Positions 1-9,305 of a stretch of DNA of 64,000 nucleotides are shown here, one piece after another (within the stretch, counting starts at the first letter, position 1; the number at the start of each line of letters is the position of its first letter). A program made the position numbers and the translations under genes. The stretch is from Bryobacterales bacterium (lineage in GTDB: Bacteria; Acidobacteriota; Terriglobia; Bryobacterales; UBA6623): contig CBDCHL010000001.1 in assembly GCA_965217195.1 (NCBI GenBank), positions 182,175 to 246,174 on the forward strand, written 5' to 3'. Below the pieces are notes generated by a model. The model was not told the DNA's origin, did not search any database, and saw only the letters and a program-made list of their open reading frames with translations.

Positions 1-467
1 TCTTGCAGGCGCAAAACGTCGCTGGTGAAATCGGTGTCGAGGAAGGCCTCGTCATTGAAATTGATGATGAACACTTCGTCTTTAGGGTTGGAGGCCTTGA
101 CGAAATTCACGGCGGCGGTGTTCACTTGTTGGCGCTTGTCCCGCATGCTCCCGCTGTTATCGACCAAGATGCCAAGCGAGACGGGAACGTCCTCGCGGCG
201 AAAGACCTTGACGCTCTGCAGGACGTCCTCTTCGTAAACCTTGAACGCACCTTGCGACAGATTCGTGACGAAGTGCTCTTCTTTGTCAAGAACGGAGGTG
301 TGCAGGACAACCAGTTTCGTGTCGGCCTTGAAGGTCAGCAAGGGATCGGACTGCAATTTCTTGCCCGTCGCCTGAGCGCCCGCAAGCACAGCCGAGAGCC
401 CAAGAAGGGCGACGTAGCGGACAAAGAGCGGGAGGTCGACGATCGATCCGCCGCGAGTAGACGCCAT
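1..467 (-). CDS. VWA domain-containing protein, N-terminal part (runs off the window start); acidobacterial VWFA-related type
   Basis: Absent from the ORF track because it has no stop in the window. My reverse translation from ATG at 467 gives MASTRGGS..LLGLSAVLAGAQA (signal-like), then FKADTKLVVLHTSVLDKEEHFVTNLSQGAFKVYEEDVLQSVKVF..LGILVDNSGSMRDK (DxSxS MIDAS start). The listed + ORF 3..650 is its antisense shadow. Confidence 0.7.
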   Translation of the reverse strand, partial: MASTRGGSIVDLPLFVRYVALLGLSAVLAGAQATGKKLQSDPLLTFKADTKLVVLHTSVLDKEEHFVTNLSQGAFKVYEEDVLQSVKVFRREDVPVSLGILVDNSGSMRDKRQQVNTAAVNFVKASNPKDEVFIINFNDEAFLDTDFTSDVLRLQ

Positions 468-705
468 AGCGCGGAAGCGAGGTCGGGGGTCCTCATCTGC
501 CGAGTTAACGATCATCAAGAGCATCCTGGAGTTTATCGATCGCCCATTCTATCCTGCCAATCTCGACGAGGGCTTGCGCAAGCAAGTAACGCGCTCGAAA
601 CGCGCGGTTCCCTATGCCGGCTGCGACGGCAAGATTTATTATCGCCTTGATTGGGTCACCTTGTTTCAAATAACATTCTTCGAGCCGCTCCTACGTCAAC
701 GCCCC

Positions 706-2349
706 TCACCCCTTCGGCGGAATCGCCATATCCGGTTCCTCGCACGTGATGAACTCCAGCAATGCCGGCTTGCCGTCTTTGGTTTGCGCGATGGCGCGCT
801 CGATGGCGGGAATGATCTCGCCGGGCTGGTCGATCCGCTCCGAATAAGCGCCCAGGCCCCGGGCCACATCGCTATATTTCCCGCTCAAGTACTTGGTCCC
901 GTACCGCTCGACCGCCTTGGGGATGTGCTGTTCATAATTCCCCATGGCAGAGTTGTTGAGCAGCATCGTAAGAATCGGGATTTCCTCGCGGACCGCCGTT
1001 TCGACGTCCATCCCAACCATCCCGAACGCCGCGTCACCCAGGAAATTGGCGACCAGCTTTTGCGGTGCGGCCATCTTCGCTCCCATCGCGGCGCCGAGCG
1101 AGAAGCCGAGTTGCGTCGAATGCCCCCAGCCGAGATAACCGCGCGGGTTGACCGATTCATAAATCGGCAGCAGTTGGTCTCGCGGATTGCCCGAATCGTG
1201 CGTGACGATCGTGTTCTGCGGGTCGGTGACTTTCATGAAATCGCCGATCACGCGGTAGGGGTTGATCGGCGTCTCATCGGAGCTCAGCTTGGGCGCCCAG
1301 CGAGCCTTCCAGGCGGTCCGCTGTCCGGCCAGATATTCCTCTACCTGCGCTCGCCCGGGGCGACCCGTACCGCCGGTCTGCGAACGCACTTGCTCGATCA
1401 TGGCCGCGAGAACGAGCTTGGCGTCCCCGAGAATTCCAACATCGGCCACCGCGTCTTTGTTGAGATCTCTCGGGTCGACGGTGGCGTGAACGATCCTCAG
1501 GCCGCTCGGAAGCACCGGCGCGAAGACGGTCGATGTCAGACTCGCTCCAACAGCGAACAGAGCATCACATTGGCCGAGGTAGTCGCCGACCAGCGCAGTC
1601 TGGCTGTAGCCGGCGGCACCCAGTGCCAGCGGGTGCCGTTCGTTGAAGTTGCTTTTACCCAGCAGCGTGCTCAACACCGGCGCGGCCAGTAACTCGGCGA
1701 GTTCCTGCAATTCCTCGGACGCTTCCGCATACAAAACGCCCTGCCCCGCCCAGATAGCGGGCTTCTCGGCAGCGACCAGCAGCTTCACCGCTTCCCGAAT
1801 CGCGTCCGGGTCGGGTGCGGTCCGCACGCGCTCAACCGGGCGGTAGTCGACCTCCTTCGTGCACTCCTCCTTCGCCACATCGACCGGTACCTCGATCAGC
1901 ACCGGCCCGGGACGCCCCGACCGCAGCGCCGTAAAAGCGCGCCGCAACCGGTTTGGCACATCGTTGGCGGACGGAATCGTATCCGCCCACTTCGTCGTCG
2001 CCGAGTAGTTCTTGACCGCGTCGAAAACCGAAGGCACCCCGGCGCGGCTGCGGCCCGGATGGCCCGGCAGGAACAAAATGGGGCTCGAGTCGGTATAGGC
2101 TTGCGCGATGCCGGCAAAGGCGTTCTCCGCCCCGGCGGCCTGCTGCACCGTCACCGCGCCAATGCGTTTCCCCAACGTGGTTCGCGAAAACCCGTCCGCC
2201 ATGTTCTCGGCGACGCGTTCCTGGCGGGCAACAACGATCCGAATCTCCTCCTCGGCCAGCGACTCGATAATCGGCGTAAGGGGAAAGCAGAAAACTTGCT
2301 CGATGCCTTCCTGCTTCAGAATGCGGGCGATCAATTGGCTGCCTGTCAT
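706..2349 (-). CDS. Thiamine pyrophosphate-dependent enzyme (acetolactate synthase large-subunit-like family)
   Basis: ORF 706..2562, with start moved to the internal ATG at 2349 (MTGSQLIARILKQEGIEQVFCFP..). It shows typical TPP N-terminal, central and C-terminal domain motifs (GDAAFGMVGMDVETAVRE..LLNNSAMG). The specific reaction is not assignable. Confidence 0.8.
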   Translation of the reverse strand: MTGSQLIARILKQEGIEQVFCFPLTPIIESLAEEEIRIVVARQERVAENMADGFSRTTLGKRIGAVTVQQAAGAENAFAGIAQAYTDSSPILFLPGHPGRSRAGVPSVFDAVKNYSATTKWADTIPSANDVPNRLRRAFTALRSGRPGPVLIEVPVDVAKEECTKEVDYRPVERVRTAPDPDAIREAVKLLVAAEKPAIWAGQGVLYAEASEELQELAELLAAPVLSTLLGKSNFNERHPLALGAAGYSQTALVGDYLGQCDALFAVGASLTSTVFAPVLPSGLRIVHATVDPRDLNKDAVADVGILGDAKLVLAAMIEQVRSQTGGTGRPGRAQVEEYLAGQRTAWKARWAPKLSSDETPINPYRVIGDFMKVTDPQNTIVTHDSGNPRDQLLPIYESVNPRGYLGWGHSTQLGFSLGAAMGAKMAAPQKLVANFLGDAAFGMVGMDVETAVREEIPILTMLLNNSAMGNYEQHIPKAVERYGTKYLSGKYSDVARGLGAYSERIDQPGEIIPAIERAIAQTKDGKPALLEFITCEEPDMAIPPKG

Positions 2350-2539
2350 GTTCAAAGTGAATTGCTCGTCAGAGCAACAATCCTTTCCATCGAAAACGGA
2401 TTCGATTGTAGCGCGAACTCCAAACCCGCGGCAGCGCCGGCCAATGCCCCGGCGATGAACTCTTCGGAATTCGGCGGACAGCTCGGCGAGTCTGCGATGT
2501 AGACTGATGGGCCGATGGGTCTGCCCGCCGGACTTCCAA

Positions 2540-3358
2540 ATGTCCTCTCCGCAACCGTCCATTCACACCCGGCGAGCCGCGCGAGCTCGCGAGCTCGCTA
2601 AACGTTTTCCCGCCTCCGTGGAGCCACTGCGCTTCATCGCCGAGGTCGTCGACAAACAAGCCCGCCTCGACAAACTCATCTCTGATTCCGCCGAGTACGG
2701 AGCCCGAACCCCACATGGCCCCGTCAACGACCCGAGTCTGCTCGCGCAACTCGCCCAACACAGCGGACCGCTCATCGAGCTTGTTCTGAGAAATGGACCA
2801 CGGCCCTTGCGCGATGCGGCCCTCCGTCTGGACGAAGCCGGCTGCTGCGAAATGCTCGATCGCTTCCTTCGCCGCGAGGATACCACTTCGCCAGGAAGCT
2901 TCTTCGCGCGCGTCTTGCTGCAAGCCGTATGGGCGAGCAGAACGCCGAATCCCGAACCCTCCACAAATGTCGAGCCGGACCCGCCGAGTCCGCCAACCGC
3001 AACGTGCGCGGGCTGCGGGCACGCCCCGCAGCTCGTTGTTCGCCGCCCAGTCGGCGACGGCTCCGAGCTCCGGCTGATGTGTTCGCTGTGCCTGGCGCCG
3101 CGGCCCTTTCCTCGGAGCCAATGCCCCGCGTGCGGAGAGTCCGTGGGAAAACGAATCGCTTACTACGGGGCCGGGGACGAATTCCCGCATCTCAGCGTTC
3201 GTGCCTGTGAATCATGCCGGCGCTACGTAGTGCAAGTCGACCTCATGAAAGAGCCAAAAGCCGTCCCGGATATTGACGAAATGGCCGCCCTGCCTCTCGA
3301 TGTTTGGGCCACGGGCCAAGGCTTGCGCAAGCTCTATCCGAACCTGCTCGGCATCTGA
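2540..3358 (+). CDS. FdhE-like protein (formate dehydrogenase accessory protein family, four CxxC motifs)
   Basis: The C-terminal half has CAGC..CSLC..CPAC..CESC and ends ..ALPLDVWATGQGLRKL, which resembles FdhE. Start chosen at ATG 2540 (MSSPQP). No formate dehydrogenase genes are in the window. Confidence 0.6.
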   Translation: MSSPQPSIHTRRAARARELAKRFPASVEPLRFIAEVVDKQARLDKLISDSAEYGARTPHGPVNDPSLLAQLAQHSGPLIELVLRNGPRPLRDAALRLDEAGCCEMLDRFLRREDTTSPGSFFARVLLQAVWASRTPNPEPSTNVEPDPPSPPTATCAGCGHAPQLVVRRPVGDGSELRLMCSLCLAPRPFPRSQCPACGESVGKRIAYYGAGDEFPHLSVRACESCRRYVVQVDLMKEPKAVPDIDEMAALPLDVWATGQGLRKLYPNLLGI

Positions 3359-3371
3359 GCCGATCGCTCGA

Positions 3372-4265
3372 TCAACCTTTCTCCACCGCTTCAAAGACTC
3401 GATCGACGAACCTCGCCACATAAGCAGGTCCTTCTACGTCGCGAACCCGCAGCACATGCGCGCCCGCCAGCAAGGCCGCGGTCGCCGCTGCCGCCTCCGC
3501 ACTGTGCCGCTCGGCGTCCGAGGCCCGAACTGATTCGGTCAAGAATCTCTTCCCCGAAAGGTTCACGAGGATAGGCTGGTGTAGGCCCGCCAATACATCG
3601 AGCCGCGCCAGCACGGCCAAGTTCTCGGCGCCCTTCTTGCCCTGTTCAAACCCTGGGTCGAGTGCAATGCGACGCCGATCGATCCCCGCGGCGCGCGCCC
3701 TCGCCATCGCGTTGTCCAGGTCCTTCGTTATCCCCGAGACAGGGTCGGAGAGCGGCGGCAGCTTGGCCCAACTGTCGGGCGTCCCGCGAACGTGTCCCAA
3801 CACCAGCCCGGCGTCGTAACGGTTGACGACTTTCGCCAAAGACGGGTCGAAGCACAGACCACTCCAATCGCGAATGACCGCGACACCCAACTCGAGGGCC
3901 CGCTCCGCCGTGGCGGCATGATGCGTCGTCACGCAAATAGGAATATCGAGGCTATGACGCAGTTTTCGGAGGACCGGAACGAGCCGACGCAACTCGTCGT
4001 CCGAGTCGAGAAGGGACGAGGCCGTGCCGGCGCCGCGAGCCTGCTCTTCCCCAAGCACACGCCCGGACACCTCAATGTCCAGCAGGTCAGCGCCGTCTCT
4101 CTCCAACCCGACGGCCCGCTCCAGCAAACCGTCCGGCGAGACGTGATCTTCAGCCGAGGCCGTTGCGAAACCCGCGTCAAGAACCCCCATCAGCAACGTT
4201 CGGGGACCGAGAATCAGTTCTCGGTTCCTGAGTTTCCAAGGCAAACGATCTCGAACGAGGTCCAT
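3372..4265 (-). CDS. folP: Dihydropteroate synthase
   Basis: Pterin-binding domain pattern: LLMGVLD..DGADLLDIE..ELRRLVPVLRKL..IPICVTTHHAATAERALELGVAVIRD..IALDPGF..GK. Confidence 0.8.
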   Translation of the reverse strand: MDLVRDRLPWKLRNRELILGPRTLLMGVLDAGFATASAEDHVSPDGLLERAVGLERDGADLLDIEVSGRVLGEEQARGAGTASSLLDSDDELRRLVPVLRKLRHSLDIPICVTTHHAATAERALELGVAVIRDWSGLCFDPSLAKVVNRYDAGLVLGHVRGTPDSWAKLPPLSDPVSGITKDLDNAMARARAAGIDRRRIALDPGFEQGKKGAENLAVLARLDVLAGLHQPILVNLSGKRFLTESVRASDAERHSAEAAAATAALLAGAHVLRVRDVEGPAYVARFVDRVFEAVEKG

Positions 4266-4270
4266 GGGCG

Positions 4271-4600
4271 CTAACTTAACGTAATCGTGACCGCCGCGGC
4301 AAACGGGTTCGGCACATTGGCCGAAAGGTCGTGCAGCGCGGCCTCGTGAGATTCCTGCCGCGGGCCGCCTGCCTCTATGATGCCGCGGGAAGGCGTTATG
4401 GGCTTGAGGAGTGGAATCGACCCACCTTTCCTACGCCCCATCCGGGGCTCTCCATGATGTGTGGTCGGCTTGACCCACGGTTCCGCTTCGCTGCACCGTG
4501 GGCTACTATCCCGGCCCCCGTCCGCGGGCCGGTGCAGCGAAGAGAACGAGACCAGCCGCATCGCCGCGGGAACATCGGACGCAGCCATCGGCCGGATCAC
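4271..4600 (-). CDS. Hypothetical protein (weak; GTG start, N-terminus VIRPMAASDVPAAMRLV is GNAT-like but the rest is not)
   Basis: A 109-aa ORF fills the gap between folP and the TVP38 gene on the same strand. No recognisable motif follows the first 17 aa. Confidence 0.25.
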   Translation of the reverse strand: MIRPMAASDVPAAMRLVSFSSLHRPADGGRDSSPRCSEAEPWVKPTTHHGEPRMGRRKGGSIPLLKPITPSRGIIEAGGPRQESHEAALHDLSANVPNPFAAAVTITLS

Positions 4601-5244
4601 TATCGACCCCGCCTGCGTTCGTACAGGAAGAACCCCGCCGCCGCCGCGACGGCAACCACTACGGTCACACCGAGCGAAAAGTAGTCGCGCTCGTAAAGCT
4701 GCGAACCGATCATCGTGCTGAACAGCAACGCCGGGGCGCGGCCCAACCCTGAAAGGACCACGAACTCCCCCAGCTTGAATTCCGTGAGCCCGACAGCAAA
4801 CGACATGCTGTCCTTCGGCATTCCCGGGATGAGAAACAGCGTGAACAGCGCCGACTTGCCCCTCCGCGTCTCAAGCACGTGATCGATCTTAGCGAGCCTC
4901 TTTGCCCCAAGGATCCGCTCCATCACGGGACGGCCAACCAAGCGCGAGAACCCGAACGCGCACGACGAACCCAACATGATCCCGACCCAGGAATAGAGGA
5001 AACCCGCCCAAGCTCCGAAGACATACCCGGCGGCAACCTGGGTCACTTCGCCCGGAATCGCGAAGATAATCACCTGGACAAACTGCACCCCGATGCACGC
5101 CAGGGGACCCCAGAGCCCGTCCCGGCGCAGGGTCTCGACCAGCCGGTCATAGTCACTCAGCTCCGCCGCCAGACCGGATTGATAGGCATAGTAGCCGGCT
5201 GCGAGGAAAGCGAGAAACAGCAGCAGGGCGAGGATTTTCCTCAT
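4600..5244 (-). CDS. TVP38/TMEM64 (DedA-related, SNARE-associated) family membrane protein
   Basis: Start moved to ATG 5244 (MRKILALLLFLAFLAAGYY). Multi-TM protein with ..IFAIPGEVTQVAAGYVFG..GSSCAFGFSRLVGRP..FLIPGMPKD. Confidence 0.7.
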   Translation of the reverse strand: MRKILALLLFLAFLAAGYYAYQSGLAAELSDYDRLVETLRRDGLWGPLACIGVQFVQVIIFAIPGEVTQVAAGYVFGAWAGFLYSWVGIMLGSSCAFGFSRLVGRPVMERILGAKRLAKIDHVLETRRGKSALFTLFLIPGMPKDSMSFAVGLTEFKLGEFVVLSGLGRAPALLFSTMIGSQLYERDYFSLGVTVVVAVAAAAGFFLYERRRGR

Positions 5245-5669
5245 AAAGGAAGCGATCCCGTATTCTACCCCGGGGCTCCGCGCACACCTTCCCCCGACAG
5301 GGTCCAGCATGCCTTCGCGGTGAAACGGGACGCCTAGGTAGCGACCGACCCGCGTGGCGATCCAGGTCCGCAAGAACCTAAAGAACCAGTAAGTTTTCGC
5401 AAGAAACACCCGGACGGGGCCGATCGCAAGTCCCGCCGACGGACAATGTACTCGTATTCTCGATCGGCTTCGACCGAAAGGCCAGGGTCACCCGACCGCG
5501 GAGCGCCCCGCCGCCGTATCGGGCCGGGGTCGGCGGGCTTGTCGTAGAAGTTGCAGTCGAACTCCTCCGCCGGCGTGCCGCTATCAACGGCCCGCACTTG
5601 CTTGCCTGCTGTCGTGAGTGCCGGCAACCGATATCTGTAACATCGGCCCCGCGGCCGACGTGGAGAGCT

Positions 5670-6776
5670 ATGAAAGCGCTGGTCACCGGATCCGGAGGTC
5701 TGATCGGCTCGGCGTGTGTCGGGTTCCTGGCGGAACAGGGCTGGGACGTGGTCGGCCTTGACAACAATATGCGGCGCGAGTTCTTCGGAGAAAAGGGTTC
5801 GACCAGCCCTATCGTCGAAAGCCTGCAGGCGTCGTTCCCCGGCTACCGTCACCTTTCGCTCGATATCCGCGATCGCGAGGGTATTCGAAGGGTCTTCCGC
5901 GACGAGCGTCCCGACTTCATCATTCACGCCGCCGGGCAGCCGTCGCACGATAAGGCGGCGTCAATCCCCTATGACGACTTCGACGTTAACGCTGTCGGGA
6001 CGCTCAACGTGCTTGTGGCCGCCCGTGACTTCTGCCGCGACTCGCCGTTCTGCTTCACGAGTACTAATAAGGTGTATGGCGACCGACCCAACGCGTTACC
6101 GCTGAGCGAGTTCGCGACCCGCTTCGACTACGCGGACGGTCGTGCCGGCATCGATGAACAAATGTCGATCGACGCTTGCCTGCACTCGCTCTTCGGGGCG
6201 TCGAAGGTTGCCGCCGATGTGATGTGCCAGGAATTCGGCCGCTATTTTGACATGCCGGTCGGCATTTTCCGCGCCGGGTGCTTGACCGGCCCGCAACATG
6301 CCGCCGTGGAATTGCACGGGTATCTTGCGTACATCGTTCACTGCGCGGCCACCGGCCGGCCGTATGCCATCTACGGCTACCAGGGCAAGCAGGTGCGGGA
6401 TCAGATCCACTGTCGCGACGTCGCTTCGCTGTTTCTCGCGTTCTACAACAAACCGCGAGCCGGCGAGGTCTACAACCTCGGCGGCGGTCGGGCCAATAGC
6501 CTGTCGATTCTCGAGACGATCGAGCTGCTGGATTCGATGGGGTTGCGCCTCGAACATCGCTATCAACCCGAGAATCGCGTTGGCGATCACATCTGCTACA
6601 TCACGGACTTGAAGAAGGTCCGCAGCCACTTCCCCGAGTGGGCCCCCCAATACTCGCTCCAACAGATCGTGGAGGAACTCATCGCCGACCGCCGGGCAGT
6701 GCGCCCCGGGGCGATCGCGGTCACAAGCGCCGTCCCACCGGTGCCGGCAGTCAGGTCGGAACCGGTCGCCGGCTAA
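5670..6776 (+). CDS. NAD-dependent epimerase/dehydratase (CDP-paratose 2-epimerase-like SDR)
   Basis: Start at ATG 5670: MKALVTGSGGLIGS (Rossmann GxxGxxG), ..FIIHAAGQPSHD.., TSTNKVYG. Extended SDR pattern. Confidence 0.8.
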   Translation: MKALVTGSGGLIGSACVGFLAEQGWDVVGLDNNMRREFFGEKGSTSPIVESLQASFPGYRHLSLDIRDREGIRRVFRDERPDFIIHAAGQPSHDKAASIPYDDFDVNAVGTLNVLVAARDFCRDSPFCFTSTNKVYGDRPNALPLSEFATRFDYADGRAGIDEQMSIDACLHSLFGASKVAADVMCQEFGRYFDMPVGIFRAGCLTGPQHAAVELHGYLAYIVHCAATGRPYAIYGYQGKQVRDQIHCRDVASLFLAFYNKPRAGEVYNLGGGRANSLSILETIELLDSMGLRLEHRYQPENRVGDHICYITDLKKVRSHFPEWAPQYSLQQIVEELIADRRAVRPGAIAVTSAVPPVPAVRSEPVAG

Positions 6777-6854
6777 GCTAGGGGCTTCGGAATACCTGTC
6801 ATTCCAGACAAGATGCGGCGCCATCTGTTGAAATGTTATACTCTTTAGGACGAA

Positions 6855-6882
6855 TTAACCAAGTCTTTATCTCGGTTATACT
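6855..6882 (+). promoter_or_regulatory. Candidate sigma70-type promoter (TTAACC-16 nt-TATACT) for the response regulator gene
   Basis: AT-rich island in an otherwise GC-rich intergenic region. The hexamers lie 24 nt upstream of ATG 6906, and GGAAAGAG acts as a possible RBS. Confidence 0.3.
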
Positions 6883-6905
6883 CGGCAAATACGCTGGAAA
6901 GAGAC

Positions 6906-7634
6906 ATGAGTCACTCAGACAATCCTTCGCGGGTACTCGTCGTCGACGACGACGAGACCATTTTACGAGTCGTCCGACTCGTTCTCGAAAGAGAAAACTA
7001 TCACGTTGGCTTGGCCTCTACGGGACACCAGGCGCTCGACAGCCTGGCGAAGCGAACTCCCGATCTCATCATTTTGGACCTTTCCCTGCCGGACATAGGC
7101 GGCCTGGACCTCCTTCACGATCTACGAACGTGGTATCGCGGACCGATCATGATCCTGTCCGCCAACGGGGAAGAAATGATGGTGATCGACGCGCTCGACG
7201 GCGGGGCGGATGATTATTTGACCAAGCCTTTTCGGCCAAGCGAAATGCTGGCGCGGATTCGTGCTTTGCTGCGGCGCACGAACGCTTCGCTGGAGAGCCC
7301 GAGAGTCATTGAAGCCGGCGGCCTGAGAGTGGATCTCGCAAAACGCCGAGTGATTCGCGACGGCCGAGAGATTCGGCTGACGCGCACGGAGTTCGATATC
7401 CTCGTGTATTTGGCACAGAATTTGGAGCGTGTTGTTTCATCGAAGATGATTCTCGATAAAGTGTGGGGGCCGATGCATGGGGACTATATCCAGACGCTGC
7501 GGGTCCATGTCGGGCATTTACGGAAGAAAATCGAACCGATGCCCTCGGTGCCTCGGTATATTTTGACCGAGCCCAGCGTGGGCTACCGCTTCTCGGTGCC
7601 TTCTGAAACCCCGGTTTCGGCGATAGCCGTGTGA
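6906..7634 (+). CDS. OmpR/PhoB-family response regulator (KdpE-like), orphan
   Basis: Receiver domain (VLVVDDD..DLIILDLSLPD..LTKPF) plus winged-helix output (LTRTEFDILVYL..VWG..YIQTLRVHVGHLRKKIE..GYRF). No histidine kinase or kdp genes are adjacent. Confidence 0.85.
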   Translation: MSHSDNPSRVLVVDDDETILRVVRLVLERENYHVGLASTGHQALDSLAKRTPDLIILDLSLPDIGGLDLLHDLRTWYRGPIMILSANGEEMMVIDALDGGADDYLTKPFRPSEMLARIRALLRRTNASLESPRVIEAGGLRVDLAKRRVIRDGREIRLTRTEFDILVYLAQNLERVVSSKMILDKVWGPMHGDYIQTLRVHVGHLRKKIEPMPSVPRYILTEPSVGYRFSVPSETPVSAIAV

Positions 7635-7739
7635 TCTTTCCGCCGAAAGCGGGCTATTTTCTCGGATAGGATGTCGCGACTCGGCGGCTATGATGTCGTT
7701 GGTTCGCTCGGGGTTCGGCTGGTCTTCGAGGAAAGGCTG

Positions 7740-9279
7740 CTAGCGGCTTTTTCGCACGTAGAAGCGTCGGGCTTCTTCATAGAGAACGAGGACGGCGTCA
7801 CGCTCCTCCTCGCTCGAAAAGCGCCCTTCTTCCTGCTTTGCTAACTGGATCAGCTCGTCCATCCACTCCACAAAGTATTTGGGCGTCGGCGCGGCCGTCC
7901 CAGGCACCGTCAACCAGCACAATGGGGCGCGAATGGGCCATTCGGATCGTATCCTCGGAGCGGACGAAACAGCGCGCCGCCACCCAACTGTGAAATCCGC
8001 TGTCCATTGACAATTCGGTGTGGAACGACGTTTGGCCGGGCTCCGGCTCGAAGGTCTGGATGATCTTGCCGTTGGCTACCAGTTCAACGCTCTCAATCGG
8101 TTCGCGGCTTTGAACCTCCAACGCCATTTCAACTTCTCGGACGCCTTCGACAACATCGAAGAACAGCATCGGCCCGTTGGTCACGAAACTCGGTGCGTGG
8201 CGCAGCGCGTCGTAAAAGGACCGTACCGAAAACTTCTCTCGCGGACGAACGTAAACGCGGTTATACCCAACCGGATTCGGCAACACGCCACTGGCGGAAC
8301 CAGCCGAGGCCGGAATGTCCATACCCAAGTTCAGAAAACGGTAATAGAGATTCAGCGAGTGATCGACGAAGCCCTGGTCGCCGGGGAATTCTTTCTCATC
8401 GCGCGGGCGCCCCCACTCTTCGCTGTTATGAATACCGTATTGGTTGAAGTGATTGTGCAAGAGGCCGATCGAGTCGGGCGGCGAAAGCGCCATCACCACG
8501 GGCACTTCCCACCAAAAGGGTTTTTCCACATCAACCCACGGAAACCCTTCCGCGTAGTAGCGTTGGCCCTTGGCTTGCTGGATGAACTCGATACCCGGCG
8601 GGAACCAGCGACCGTCCACCGCCAGGTTGATCTTCTTGCGGAGGTTGTGGAGCATCCAAGCTCCGCCGCCGCGTTCATCCTCGGCGTTAAGAACGGTGAT
8701 CAAATGGCGGGGCGAGAGCTGGATGTGGGGCTTGCGAGGAAACGGGAGGCCCTCCCACTCGCTCGCTTTGTTCCACATCGTAAACACCACACTCAAGTTG
8801 AGGTCCTCGGCCAACGCCAGCTTCTTGACGTCCTCGACCGGACGATGGATATGAAAATCCCCGGAGTACCAGCCACGTTTTTCCATGTCGATCCAGCGTT
8901 CGAGGTGAATCTGGAGTTGCAGCGGTTGCTGATCGGACAGGGTGATGGTTTCTTCAAATCGATCGAACTCGGGGCCGCGCTCGGCGACGATCGTGTAGTC
9001 TCCTTCGGGGGCGGTGACCAACGCGGGCCCCTGGAACACGAAGCTGCCCAGGTACCACTGCTTGCCGCCCTCGCGAGGTTGGGCGGTACGGTCGCGCAGG
9101 GCGAATTCGGGCTGGACCATTCTGCCGTTTGACGCACGGATTTCCATGCGCGCCCACACCGGCTGCGCTTCACCGTCAACGACGCTGATCTCCAGCTCAG
9201 CGCCCCAAAGCGCGCCGAAATTGCACGATAGGATACAGAGGACATGGACAGCTGTCCGATAAAAGGGCCGCATTGTCAT
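7740..9279 (-). CDS. Secreted PHP/CehA-McbA-like metallohydrolase; C-terminus appears frameshifted near 7878-7883
   Basis: ORF 7798..9426, with start moved to ATG 9279 (MTMRPFYRTAVHVLCILS signal). It carries GWYSGDFHIHRP (PHP-like His cluster). A better-looking C-terminal tail (..KYFVEWMDELIQLAKQEEGRF..) lies in the neighbouring frame (ORF 7740..7922). Confidence 0.55.
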
Positions 9280-9305
9280 TGAATACCGCTTTTGGACGAA
9301 GGAGG

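Noticed and set aside
3-650. 215-aa + strand ORF at the window start.
   Set aside because: Its composition is typical of an antisense shadow. The opposite strand encodes a convincing VWA-domain N-terminus that runs off the window.
6906-7634. Naming the response regulator kdpE.
   Set aside because: The sequence is KdpE-like, but no kdpD or kdpABC genes are nearby. The family-level call is kept and the symbol left blank.
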